Shown here in pieces: positions 8,487 through 18,317 of a DNA stretch of 64,000 nt. A model generated the notes under the pieces. It was not told the origin of the DNA and searched no databases. It saw only the letters and a program-made list of their open reading frames with translations. Origin of the DNA: Verrucomicrobiota bacterium (lineage in GTDB: Bacteria; Verrucomicrobiota; Verrucomicrobiia; Limisphaerales; UBA1100); NCBI GenBank assembly GCA_028343615.1, contig JAOLZA010000003.1, positions 18,422-82,421 of the forward strand. Reading direction: 5' to 3'. Numbering within the stretch: the stretch's first letter is position 1; every line of letters begins with the position of its first letter. The translations under genes and the position numbers were made by a program.

Positions 8487-10142
8487 ATGAGAACGAGACT
8501 AAAATGGGCACTAGTAATAGTGCTGTTGGCTCTGGTCACCGGTTGCAAGCCACCCGGTGCGCGCGCCATGCTGGATGGGCGTGAGCATCTAAACGCTAAC
8601 CGGCCCCAACAGGCTGCCGCCGCATTTGAAAAAGCCACGCGGTTGCTGCCGAAGGATTGGCGTACGTGGAATCATCTTGGTCTCGCGCTGCATCGCGAGG
8701 GCAAATACGCCGAAGCGGGCAAGGCCTATCAAGACGCCATCAAACTGATGGGGCAAGAGCGGATGCTCAGCAAGCGCGAGGGTTCGCACGTTCTTTACTT
8801 TAACATGGGTTGTTTATATTTGGATGCCGGCCAGATTCCCTCTGCGCGGCAGCACCTCGGCACCTATGCACAATTGGAATCCAGCCACGCCGCGCACTAC
8901 TGGTTGGCTGAGGCCTGTCGACGTGATGGGCAGCTGGATGAAGCTGAATTGGAATTGGGTCGCGCACTGGCGTACCAGCCAGATTCCGCCCGCACGCACA
9001 ACCGCCTTGGCGTAGTGCAGCTTGAGCGCAAGAAGCCGATGAAAGCCTTAGATAGTTTTCGTGGTGCGTTACAAAAACAACCGAACTATTCCGCCGCGCA
9101 GTTGAACCTCGCCATTGTTTTGCATCGGCATTCGCCGCCCAACGTTTCAAAACCGCGCGCGCGGGCGCTGGCGGCGTATCGCAAATATTTGGAAATGAAT
9201 CCCAAAGGCACGCAAGCGGTGAAGCGCATCGTGGCGGATTTGGATCGTGAATTGAATCCAATGGCAGTAGTGGCAGTCAACACGCCCACTAACACCGTGG
9301 TAGGCTATGAGCCTCCGTTGCAAGTGAACACCAACGAGGCTACTTTTATTGTGCAGGCAGTGTTCCCCAAGGGCGGACATTTTGGTCATGTGGTCACTAC
9401 CAATGCCGTGCCGCCGCGTCGCGTCGCGTCGCCGCCTCCTGTCACCATTACCACAAACCTTGCCGTGACACCGTCTGTATCCAAGCCGCAACCGGTTGTC
9501 CCCGATCCGCCCAAACCGATGAAACCTGTACAAGTAGCCACGGTGGATCGCCCCAACCCTCAGTCTTCCATCCCGCCAGTTACCCCCAAACCCACGGTGG
9601 CTAAAGTGGAGCTGCCCAATGTGCCGGGCATTGCGCGGTATGCGTACGCAAAACCCAAACGCCCCGCAGGTGGCGATCGAGAAAAAGCGCGTGATAAATT
9701 TAACGAAGCTTATCAGGCCCATCGGCAGAACCAGTTGGAGAAAGCTCAGGCCGCCTACCGCGATGCGTTGACGTTGGATCCGGGATATCAACAGGCGCAC
9801 CAGAATCTAGCGCTTGCGATTCAGAGTAGTGGTGACGTGAAGGCTGCGTTGCCGGTATATGAAATCGCACTCTCGCTAAACCCTCTCTCGATGAATACCC
9901 GATATGGATTTGCACGGGCGCTGGATCAAGCGAAGTTCCCACTGGATTCTGCAAGCGAATATCAAAATCTGCTAAAAATGTATCCAACGTACACACCTGG
10001 GCACCTTGAGTTGGCCAATCTGTATTCGCAACAACTCCAACGTGCCGACTTGGCCCGTACACATTATCAGCGTGTATTGGTTCTGAAACCCACCCATGCA
10101 CAGGCGTCGGTGATTCGCGAGTGGCTGCAGGCCCACCCCTAA
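8487..10142 (+). CDS. TPR-repeat lipoprotein with a Pro-rich linker
   Basis: The internal ATG at 8487 gives MRTRLKWALVIVLLALVTGC, a lipobox signal peptide. TPR-like repeats occur at both ends, separated by a P/V/T-rich low-complexity segment. Confidence 0.75.
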   Translation: MRTRLKWALVIVLLALVTGCKPPGARAMLDGREHLNANRPQQAAAAFEKATRLLPKDWRTWNHLGLALHREGKYAEAGKAYQDAIKLMGQERMLSKREGSHVLYFNMGCLYLDAGQIPSARQHLGTYAQLESSHAAHYWLAEACRRDGQLDEAELELGRALAYQPDSARTHNRLGVVQLERKKPMKALDSFRGALQKQPNYSAAQLNLAIVLHRHSPPNVSKPRARALAAYRKYLEMNPKGTQAVKRIVADLDRELNPMAVVAVNTPTNTVVGYEPPLQVNTNEATFIVQAVFPKGGHFGHVVTTNAVPPRRVASPPPVTITTNLAVTPSVSKPQPVVPDPPKPMKPVQVATVDRPNPQSSIPPVTPKPTVAKVELPNVPGIARYAYAKPKRPAGGDREKARDKFNEAYQAHRQNQLEKAQAAYRDALTLDPGYQQAHQNLALAIQSSGDVKAALPVYEIALSLNPLSMNTRYGFARALDQAKFPLDSASEYQNLLKMYPTYTPGHLELANLYSQQLQRADLARTHYQRVLVLKPTHAQASVIREWLQAHP

Positions 10143-10158
10143 TGCCCTAAATGGCGCC

Positions 10159-11949
10159 ATGGCTCGGTTGATTCCTGAAAACACCCTCGAACAGGTGCGC
10201 GCTGCCAGCGATATTGTTGAAATCATCGGCGGCTATTTCCCGCTCAAACGCGCGGGCGGTAATCACGTGGCACTCTGCCCGTTTCACAAAGAGAAAAGCC
10301 CCAGCTTCAATGTGAATCCGCAGCGGCAAATTTATCACTGCTTCGGCTGTCACGCGGGTGGCGATGTGTTTAAGTTTATCCAAGAATATGAGCACATCGG
10401 ATTTTTGGACGCCGTGAAACGGTTGGCCGAGCGCGCGGGCATTCCGCTGGAAATGGAGGATGATCCGCACGCGGGCGAAAAGCGGCGTGAAAAAGATGCG
10501 CTTTTGAAAGTGCACGAACAACTCGCCCAGCACTGGCATAGCGTGTTGCTTAATGACGCCGCCGGACAACCGGCGCGTGATTATTTGCAGGCGCGCGGGG
10601 TGAATGCCGAAGCCGTGAAAGCCTTTCGGTTGGGCTTTGCGCCGGCCGATTGGGAGGATACGGTGAACTGGGCCAAAGCACACAAGCACGACTCGCGTGT
10701 GATGGAAAAGGCCGGTTTGGTGGCCAGCAAGGACGGCCGACAATACGGCCGATTTCGCACGCGGCTAATATTTCCCATCCACGATGAACAGGGGCGCATC
10801 ATTGGGTTTAGCGGGCGCGTAATCGAGGCGGATATGAAAGGAGCCAAATACGTGAACTCGCCCGAGACACCACTCTTCCACAAAAGCAAAGTGATTTATG
10901 GTTTGGACAAAGCCCGCCGCCCGATCATTGCCGCCGAGAGCGCGCTCATTTGCGAGGGCCAGCTAGATACTATCGCGTGCCACATGGCCGGTATTGAAAA
11001 TGTGGTGGCGCCGCAGGGAACCGCGCTTACTGCCGACCACGCGCGCGTGCTTAAGCGTTATGGCAATGAAGTGATTTTGTGTTTTGATTCCGACACCGCT
11101 GGCCAAGCCGCCGCCGTGCGGTCACTCGATGGTTTGCTCGAAAGTGAGCTAGCCATTCGGGTGATGACTGTGCCCGCGCCGCACGATCCGGATAGCTTTA
11201 TCCGCGATGAAGGTGCGGAAGCCTTCCGCGACTTGATGGAAGGCGCGCCGGGGTTCTTTGATTTCTTCTTGCAACATCTGGTAACAGAAAACGACACCGG
11301 TAGCGATCGCGGTCGCCAAGCGGTCATCCGCGCGATGGGCGAGGCCGTGGGTAAAACGCATGACGCCGTACTGCTTGATCGCGTGGCGCAGCAAACCTCG
11401 CTGGCGGTGGGTGCATCTGCGGAGGCCGTGCATGCGGAGTTTGCGCGGTTGCCCAAAGAGCGCGTTTATCGTCCGCGCGAGGATGAAGTCTCAGCGCCGG
11501 TGGTTTCCGTTGAGCCACCTTCGCGTCAGGAGGAATGGTTGTTGCGGTTGGCGTTTCATAATGTGGATGGTACGGTCTTCGGCGATTGGGTGGCCGCGCA
11601 TTTGAGCCCCGAATGGGTGGAGCACGCGGGTGTACGGCATATTTTGGAGCGTGCACCTACACTGGGTATGGATGCTGGAGCATTGGTGTCCGAGCTGGAT
11701 GAGGCCAACGCACGCCTGCTCACCGGGGTCTTAGCCGCGGATGACCCCATCCCAAACCCCGCACAGCAATTGGCGGATTTGGTGGGTCGCCTTCGGGGTC
11801 GTTATCTTGATCGGAGGATTGCCGAGCTCACGCGGCTAACCGCCCAGCCAAATTTGCCTGAGACGGAGTTGATGCGAGTGTTGGAGGAACAGAAATCCTT
11901 GCGCGCTCAAAAGCAGGAAACCCTTCCAGCGTTGGAACGATCAGCCTAG
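10159..11949 (+). CDS. dnaG: DNA primase
   Basis: CHC2 zinc finger (CPFHKEKSPSFNVNPQRQIYHCFGCHAGGD), an RNA polymerase core and a Toprim region (EGQLD, DSDTAGQ). Confidence 0.9.
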   Translation: MARLIPENTLEQVRAASDIVEIIGGYFPLKRAGGNHVALCPFHKEKSPSFNVNPQRQIYHCFGCHAGGDVFKFIQEYEHIGFLDAVKRLAERAGIPLEMEDDPHAGEKRREKDALLKVHEQLAQHWHSVLLNDAAGQPARDYLQARGVNAEAVKAFRLGFAPADWEDTVNWAKAHKHDSRVMEKAGLVASKDGRQYGRFRTRLIFPIHDEQGRIIGFSGRVIEADMKGAKYVNSPETPLFHKSKVIYGLDKARRPIIAAESALICEGQLDTIACHMAGIENVVAPQGTALTADHARVLKRYGNEVILCFDSDTAGQAAAVRSLDGLLESELAIRVMTVPAPHDPDSFIRDEGAEAFRDLMEGAPGFFDFFLQHLVTENDTGSDRGRQAVIRAMGEAVGKTHDAVLLDRVAQQTSLAVGASAEAVHAEFARLPKERVYRPREDEVSAPVVSVEPPSRQEEWLLRLAFHNVDGTVFGDWVAAHLSPEWVEHAGVRHILERAPTLGMDAGALVSELDEANARLLTGVLAADDPIPNPAQQLADLVGRLRGRYLDRRIAELTRLTAQPNLPETELMRVLEEQKSLRAQKQETLPALERSA

Positions 11950-14900
11950 TCCACGAAGGCAATTTCGTTGGAGAGGAGGAGCACTTGCACATATTTTTCC
12001 CAAGCGTTGAGCGGCTTCGGTTTGTAGGTTGATCCTAGGAATTCGGTGGAGGCTTGCCATGAGGTGATTTGCAGGGAGCCGGCTTTTTTGTTCATGGCGT
12101 CGGCGATTTCTTTCTTGATGCTCACTGTGGGGTTCCACGTGAATTGATCCTGTTGGGGATTATCGAGTTTGTAATTACGTTGGGTGCTGGCGAGGGCCTT
12201 GGGGTCGAGGGGCTTGCCGCTGTATACAATAAAGTCAATTGTGTCTCCGCGTTTCACAGTGATGTTGGAAAGATTGCTATCACGCCGGGTGCGTCGGACA
12301 TCGCTGCGCCAGAGTTCCTTGCCGAGGCGGGCATTACCACTGGATGTGCGGCTGTGGACAATGACGCCGGTGATGCCATCCCACACATTTTCATCATAAA
12401 ACTTGCGCAAGCTATCACCCATTTTGTCTTCGCGGGCAGCCTCGGCGGTGTCGTCGAGCTTGTGCTCAAGGCGGGCGTTTACGTCCACGATTGTGTCGGC
12501 GGGGGCGACCCAGCGGCGGATGACAGCCACGCTTGGATGCGCGCCGGGATGGCCCCCAGTGGCGGTGAGTTGCAGTGGTCCATAGGCCGGATTGTTGCCT
12601 TTCCAGACTGTGCCATCAGTGAAAGGGAACTGGAAAAATTTGATGGAATAGAGTTTTTGTTTTTCGTTGTATCGGTTGGCCTGACCGTGGCCATTGTACC
12701 AAGTGGGGGTGCTTTTCATAGCGCCGGTGGTGACGCCTCCGGTTTGCTGTTGGAGATAACGCACGCCGAGCTTTATCTCGATGGGCTCGGCGGCGCGCTG
12801 GTAGATCATGTTGTAAAGCGCAGAGATACGGACGCGGTCGTCTTGGATGGCGGAGAATTCCTTGCGGTTGACCAACTGATGGGCGAGATCGGCAACCATG
12901 GGACTGTTCATCATGAATAGTGCCTGCTGAGCTACGGTGGAGGTAAAGCGCTGGCCGGCGGTCTGGTCAGGGTTCGCAAAATCGAAGGTTTTGAAGACCT
13001 CATCGAGGTTGCGGCGGTCAATAAGGGCATAGATGGTTCGGCGATAGTTAGGGGCGCCACCTGTGAGGCGCAGGGGTTTTCCACCCATGGAGAGGTCGCT
13101 TGCTCCGGCCACGGTGAGCATCCCGTCGCGGAAGGCTTCGAAGTCCAGTCGCCGCCGATCCATTTTATAGTAATATATGTTATTTGGATCCTTGACACTG
13201 TATCGCGGGTTATCGTCACTGGTTTGCTGGTAGGTGTTGGTCATGAGAATATGCTTGTGCAGTTTTTTCATGGACCAACCGTGGGTTGTAAAATACCACG
13301 CGAGGTAATCAAGCAATTCGGGGTGGGATGGATCCATAGCTCGCACGCCAAACTCATTGACGGAGCTGACAATGCCCTTTCCAAAATGGAGCATCCAAAT
13401 GCGGTTCACCATTACACGGGCGGTCAGAGGGTTTTCCTTACTAGCAATGGCCTTGGCCATTTCGAGGCGGCCGCTTGTGTTCTTGGGGAACGGTTGGCGA
13501 TCTTCGCCGGATAGGATTTCCAAGAATTGGCGTGGGGCTATCTTGCCTCGCTGGTTGCGGTTACCCTTGATCATGATTTTTTCGTCGTGAGGGTTGCTGT
13601 CCACCATCACCATGGCCAAAGGGGGAGAGCCTGGGTGGTTGATTTTGAGATTTTCAATCTTACTGAGAAAACGTTCACGTTCCTCGCGCTCAAGCCCGCC
13701 GTTGCGCCGTTTGAGTTCATCGAAGTTGGATTTACAGGGGTGACCACGCTCAAAGATGACGCGCCGAACTTCTTCCATATTTTTCGCGTAGTCTTTGCCA
13801 AACTGTTTATCGAATTCCACACCGAACCGTTTTTGGGCATCCTCCATATTTTTGGGCGGGGCCATTTTTTCACCGGGCTTGGCTTGGGCGCGCTGGGCAG
13901 TGAATTGCTTGATGGCAAACCGCCATTGCTGATCTGCTAGTTTGAACATGGAATCATAACGGTACATGACCTCAGCCATGCTGGCGGGGGGGTTGCTGGC
14001 GGGGAACTTCGTGGCCACGATGGGGTTGATTCGTTTGGAGCGTTTGTTTTTAGGGTCGGGCTTGCTGAGCAGGGGGCGCAGCTTAGCTTGAGCCTTGGCT
14101 AGATCGGCGCGAATGAAACGTCCGGTGGCGTTAGTGGCCACGTTTCCGTAGGTGACCCACGGGCCGAATACCCGATCATCCTCTTTCTTGCGGCGCATGT
14201 AGTTTTGCCAAGTATCGCCTACATCGGCGATGAGCTTGACGTCGCTTTTTTTCTTCTTGCCGTCGGTGGCTTTTTTAATCAACTCATCGAGCGTACGCTC
14301 AAAATCGCGGCGTTTATCGCGTACGCGCACATCGTTCTTGGTATACATGTGGGTCCAATACATGTAAGTGGCGGCGTTTTGGCGCGAATTATTGTTGTTC
14401 TCGTATTCCTTTCCTAAACGGAAATCCTCGTATTTTTTTTCCAGATCCTTCAGTTTAGATTGATAATCTGCAATATCGGAGCTGCCCGCGTAAGCGCCTT
14501 GGCTGCTTCCATTGGCGGCCGAAGGGTTCAGCACGTATTTTCCATCCTCGAGCTTGTCATCATCGTTGGGTTCTCTAGAGCTCTTAAATACGCCGTAGAG
14601 AGCGTAGTAGTCAGCAGTGGGGATTGGATCGAACTTATGGTCATGGCAGCGTGCACAGTAGACGGCGAGGCCGAGGGTGCCACGGGTCAGCACATCGATG
14701 CGGTCATCAATCACATCATCGCTATTGTCTTGGGGATTATCTTTTCGACCAAGGGTGAGGAAACCCATGGCAGCAAGGTCAGCGTGGCTGGACTTTTGTT
14801 GGTCGGCCGCGATTTGCTCGATGAGAAACTTGTCATAGGGCTTGTCTTCATTGAATGAATTGATCACCCAGTCGCGGTAAGTATAGGCATAAAGATAGCG

Positions 14901-15746
14901 CGATACGTTATCACGGCGGTTGTCCGAGCCGGTGGTGTCGGCATAGCGGGCGACATCCAGCCAATAACGGCCCCAGCGTTCGCCGTACTGTGGGCTGTTT
15001 AGAAGGCGGTCGACGACCTGCTCGTAGGTTTCCTGCCCATTGGTAAAACGCTGAATATCCTCATAACTCGGCGGCAGCCCGATCAGATCAAAATACACGC
15101 GTCGTAGAAGTGACCATTTTTCTGCCGGGAGCGAGGGTACCATATTTTGTTCCTCTAGGGTCTTGAGGATGTACGCGTCGATGGGGTTTTGTATCCAGCC
15201 CTTGAGTTTGCCGTTGAATACATATTCTGGCAGAGGCGGTGACGGAGTTTTTACTTTTTGAAACCCCCAGTGAGCCTTGGCTTTTTCTTTGTCTGATTGA
15301 TTCTTGATAACGCCGACGGCCTTGCCGGTGCGGGGATCGGGCGCGCCGCGGCGGATCCAGTTTTCCAGTTCGGAAATCTGCGCATCGGTTAGCGGGTCTT
15401 TATTGGAAGGCGGCATGGGGTCGGCGAGGTTTTTAATGCGTTTGACCATGACACTCTTGCCTGGATCATTTGGTACCACGGCGGGTCCGGTGTTGCCACC
15501 GTTGAGTACGCCGCCTTTGCTGCCGAGGTCTAGTCCGCCTTTGGTTGCGCCATCGCCGTGGCAGCTGTAGCAATTATCCACGAGGATGGGTCGGATTTTT
15601 GCCTCGAAATATTCCTGGTCCGCCGGCGAAATTTGTTGGGCGGTTACGGCGGGGGTGAGCCAAACCAAAACGACCGCGAACAGTGCGGCCGATTGAGGTT
15701 TATTGAGTGTGCGGGTGAGGTTGTTTTTCATGGCACAAATTTGCAT
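11946..15746 (-). CDS. PSCyt/DUF1549/DUF1553 family protein (planctomycete-type cytochrome c domain) with an extra C-terminal domain
   Basis: Signal peptide and a CYSCHG haem-binding motif. A DUF1549-like block (PIDAYILKTLEE..LLRRVYFDLIGLPPS) and a DUF1553-like block (NRIWMLHFGKGIV) are present. The protein is 1266 aa; an alternative ATG lies at 15731. Confidence 0.85.
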   Translation of the reverse strand: MQICAMKNNLTRTLNKPQSAALFAVVLVWLTPAVTAQQISPADQEYFEAKIRPILVDNCYSCHGDGATKGGLDLGSKGGVLNGGNTGPAVVPNDPGKSVMVKRIKNLADPMPPSNKDPLTDAQISELENWIRRGAPDPRTGKAVGVIKNQSDKEKAKAHWGFQKVKTPSPPLPEYVFNGKLKGWIQNPIDAYILKTLEEQNMVPSLPAEKWSLLRRVYFDLIGLPPSYEDIQRFTNGQETYEQVVDRLLNSPQYGERWGRYWLDVARYADTTGSDNRRDNVSRYLYAYTYRDWVINSFNEDKPYDKFLIEQIAADQQKSSHADLAAMGFLTLGRKDNPQDNSDDVIDDRIDVLTRGTLGLAVYCARCHDHKFDPIPTADYYALYGVFKSSREPNDDDKLEDGKYVLNPSAANGSSQGAYAGSSDIADYQSKLKDLEKKYEDFRLGKEYENNNNSRQNAATYMYWTHMYTKNDVRVRDKRRDFERTLDELIKKATDGKKKKSDVKLIADVGDTWQNYMRRKKEDDRVFGPWVTYGNVATNATGRFIRADLAKAQAKLRPLLSKPDPKNKRSKRINPIVATKFPASNPPASMAEVMYRYDSMFKLADQQWRFAIKQFTAQRAQAKPGEKMAPPKNMEDAQKRFGVEFDKQFGKDYAKNMEEVRRVIFERGHPCKSNFDELKRRNGGLEREERERFLSKIENLKINHPGSPPLAMVMVDSNPHDEKIMIKGNRNQRGKIAPRQFLEILSGEDRQPFPKNTSGRLEMAKAIASKENPLTARVMVNRIWMLHFGKGIVSSVNEFGVRAMDPSHPELLDYLAWYFTTHGWSMKKLHKHILMTNTYQQTSDDNPRYSVKDPNNIYYYKMDRRRLDFEAFRDGMLTVAGASDLSMGGKPLRLTGGAPNYRRTIYALIDRRNLDEVFKTFDFANPDQTAGQRFTSTVAQQALFMMNSPMVADLAHQLVNRKEFSAIQDDRVRISALYNMIYQRAAEPIEIKLGVRYLQQQTGGVTTGAMKSTPTWYNGHGQANRYNEKQKLYSIKFFQFPFTDGTVWKGNNPAYGPLQLTATGGHPGAHPSVAVIRRWVAPADTIVDVNARLEHKLDDTAEAAREDKMGDSLRKFYDENVWDGITGVIVHSRTSSGNARLGKELWRSDVRRTRRDSNLSNITVKRGDTIDFIVYSGKPLDPKALASTQRNYKLDNPQQDQFTWNPTVSIKKEIADAMNKKAGSLQITSWQASTEFLGSTYKPKPLNAWEKYVQVLLLSNEIAFVD

Positions 15747-15806
15747 TCGACATTTTCACGACCCCGTGTGGGAGAGCGCGGGGCAATTTAATTTGTAAAC
15801 TGTTGG

Positions 15807-17219
15807 CTACGCGATCACGCCTTCCACCACCGTACCACCCTGTGGCAGCGTACGGGTGGGTTGGGTGAGCCGGAAATCCCGGCCGCCATTGCGGAAAGTA
15901 AGTTGTTCGTGATCGAATCCAAGCTGATTTAGAACCGTGGCGTGTAAATCTTTCACGTGGACTTTGTTTTCCACGGCCGATCCACCCAGCTCATCGGTGG
16001 AGCCGTAGCTGATGCCGCCCTTGATGCCGCCGCCGGCAAGCACGGTGCTCATGCCACGCGCATTGTGGCTGCGTCCGCCACCACCATCTTCAGTGGGGCT
16101 CCGGCCAAATTCGCTAGATATATAAATCAATGTGTCCTCAAAAAGGCCACGTTCCTTGAGGTCGTCCATCATCGCGCCTACTGCAGGGTCGAGCTGTTGG
16201 GCGTTTCGGGCGGCGCGGTTGGCGATGCCGTTGTGAAGATCCCAGCCGCCTTGGCTTACCTGGACGAAGCGCACGCCGCGTTCAAGCAAACGCCGCGCGA
16301 TCAGCAGCTGCCGGCCTTGGCCGTTGTCGCCGTACTTGGCGCGGGTTTCGGGTTTTTCGCCGGCGATGTCAAAGGCTTCGCGGGCGTCGGTTTGCATACG
16401 GTAGGCAAGCTCAAAAGTATTGATGCGCGCCTCGAGAGCGCCTTCGGCCTGTCGCTTTTGTTTGTGAATCTCGTTGAGTTTCAGCAGCAAGTCCAGTTGC
16501 TTGCGTTGATCTTTTCGGCTAGCGAAGTCGCTCTTGATATTCTTGATAATATCTTCGATTTTCGTGTTATTGGAATCCACGAAAGTGCCTTGGAACGCGC
16601 CGGGCAAAAAGGCGTTAGTGTAGTTGCGTGCGTCGGGTGAATTGCCGGGGCGCATGGTGATGAAGCCGGGTAGATTTTGATTTTCCGTGCCGAGCCCGTA
16701 CAGTGCCCAACTGCCGACCGCCGGGCGTATTTCCTGCATCTCACCAGTGTTCATCATATACGTGGCCGGTCCGTGCGCGGGGGCATCAGTGTAGAGCGAG
16801 CGGATGATTGTGATATCATCTGCGTGCCGCCCGATGTTCGGCCAGATTTCGCTCATCTGCAAACCGCTCTTGCCGAACTTCGGAAACTTAAAGGGTGAGG
16901 CCAATAACTTGCGGTTACCGGTCTGCTTGCCGTTACTCTTGTTGAGCTCTGGACGGGGATCCCACAAATCCATGTGCGGCGCCGCGCCCTGCAAAAAGAT
17001 GTGTAACACCCGCTTGGCCTTGGCATTATTTGGTGGTTGTTTTGGGGCCAACGCGCCCTTGCCTTCTTGGCCAAATCCCTGTTCGGCCAACATGCACGAG
17101 AGCGCCATTGCGCCAAAGCCACCGCCCGCTTGCGTGAGCCATTGGCGGCGGTTCAAAAACAAATCCTCAGTGCGTGCCGTGTGGTCGGCGCGGTTATATA
17201 GTGCGTATTCCTCGTTCAT
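15807..17219 (-). CDS. DUF1501 family protein (sulfatase/alkaline-phosphatase fold) with a TAT signal
   Basis: Twin-arginine N-terminus (NRRQWLTQAGGGFGAMAL). A conserved C-terminal block (SEFGRSP.., HN.., DLHATVL..LG.DH..LT) is shared with the two other DUF1501 genes in the window. It lies directly upstream of the PSCyt gene. Confidence 0.85.
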   Translation of the reverse strand: MNEEYALYNRADHTARTEDLFLNRRQWLTQAGGGFGAMALSCMLAEQGFGQEGKGALAPKQPPNNAKAKRVLHIFLQGAAPHMDLWDPRPELNKSNGKQTGNRKLLASPFKFPKFGKSGLQMSEIWPNIGRHADDITIIRSLYTDAPAHGPATYMMNTGEMQEIRPAVGSWALYGLGTENQNLPGFITMRPGNSPDARNYTNAFLPGAFQGTFVDSNNTKIEDIIKNIKSDFASRKDQRKQLDLLLKLNEIHKQKRQAEGALEARINTFELAYRMQTDAREAFDIAGEKPETRAKYGDNGQGRQLLIARRLLERGVRFVQVSQGGWDLHNGIANRAARNAQQLDPAVGAMMDDLKERGLFEDTLIYISSEFGRSPTEDGGGGRSHNARGMSTVLAGGGIKGGISYGSTDELGGSAVENKVHVKDLHATVLNQLGFDHEQLTFRNGGRDFRLTQPTRTLPQGGTVVEGVIA

Positions 17220-17474
17220 GGGCGATGGTTTTCCAAGATTGTTATATTTTCTGTGTGAGCTTCTCTACAAGAGCATACCACGTATTGGCAAACACGCAAT
17301 CGGAAACTGCCTTTTTTCCGAAAAATCGAGCAGATTAAGTAGGGTGTTAATTGGGTGCGTCGCGTCATGGCAATAGATGATCGCCGTTCCAAAACCTTAG
17401 CTAATGGGCATAAGTTTTCTGACGGGCCAATAACGCGGCATTGAGTTTTGGCCTCTCACTACTAGAGTTTTGGT

Positions 17475-17921
17475 ATGCGAGCATTTGCATTTTTATTCAT
17501 TGGCCTCTTTGCCTTCAGTTGGCTTGGCTGCGGCTCTCTCAACCGAGAGCCCGGCCTTATCAAGGTGCTGCCGCATTACATCGATAAACATGGCCGGCAT
17601 ACCACCGGTGTCACCCTTATTGATCGCGACCTTTATCAACTGGAACTTCGCAAAGATTCCGCTGCTGTGCATGGCGTTCGTTACAATATCAATTGGCGCG
17701 GCAATGCGGAAATGACCGTTCGCCTTGAAGTGCGCAGCACCAAAGCCGGGGTCGCCCCATTGATCCTAGAGCAAACCGTCACGCCTGAAGGTGGGAGCAC
17801 TTGGACACCCATCCTCATCGACGTTGACACCTATAAAAACTTTGGCCAACCCGAATCCTGGCGTGTCACCCTTTGGCAGGACGGTGATCAAGTTGCCGAG
17901 CAAGCTTCTTTCCTTTGGTGA
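17475..17921 (+). CDS. hypothetical lipoprotein
   Basis: 148-aa ORF with a lipobox signal (FAFSWLGCGS). No recognisable family. Confidence 0.55.
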   Translation: MRAFAFLFIGLFAFSWLGCGSLNREPGLIKVLPHYIDKHGRHTTGVTLIDRDLYQLELRKDSAAVHGVRYNINWRGNAEMTVRLEVRSTKAGVAPLILEQTVTPEGGSTWTPILIDVDTYKNFGQPESWRVTLWQDGDQVAEQASFLW

Positions 17922-18288
17922 AACAGTCGAAGGAATTGAGAGTCGCCACGTTCTTCCTCAATGGGGTTATCCCCCATACCCACTTTGTTCACCGTGCCCC
18001 ATCCAAGCTGCTCATAACCGTTTAGCAGGTTAAAATAACTCCCGCGTGCATCCCTTACTCGAGTCGCATAGAACATTACTCACGAAAGCGGCTGGGTGCG
18101 CACGACACGGGACGACCAGGGCGGATTCAGCCAGCCTTCGCAGGGAGGCTGCGGGACCGCCCGATGCCGAAAAAATCAATCGGTCCTGTCAACACCTACA
18201 TCCACCCCCATAAACCCACCACGGCATCGGTGCGCTTTGCGGCGCGGTTGATGGCAAATATTTGGGGGTTGCTGGCGGATCGATTTCC

Positions 18289-18316
18289 ATCAACTATCAA
18301 CCATCAACCATAAACC
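18289..18316 (+). repeat. 4 x 7-bp tandem repeat (ATCAACT ATCAACC ATCAACC ATAAACC) abutting the arsC start
   Basis: Read directly from the sequence. It ends 1 nt before the TTG start at 18318. Confidence 0.8.
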
Positions 18317-18317
18317 T

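Noticed and set aside
8457-8487. Divergent gene starts only about 29 bp apart (DUF362-like versus TPR lipoprotein), suggesting a mis-called start or a shared compact promoter
   Set aside because: Both chosen starts are supported by immediately following signal peptides. This cannot be resolved without transcript mapping, and it is not obviously interesting.
11946-11949. dnaG and the convergent PSCyt gene share their stop codons within the palindrome CTAG; similar zero or negative convergent spacing occurs at 18731-18734, 19929/19930 and 50173-50192
   Set aside because: This is a real feature of the sequence, but it is best explained by genome compaction. There is no evidence for a functional element, although it does leave no room for terminators between those convergent pairs.
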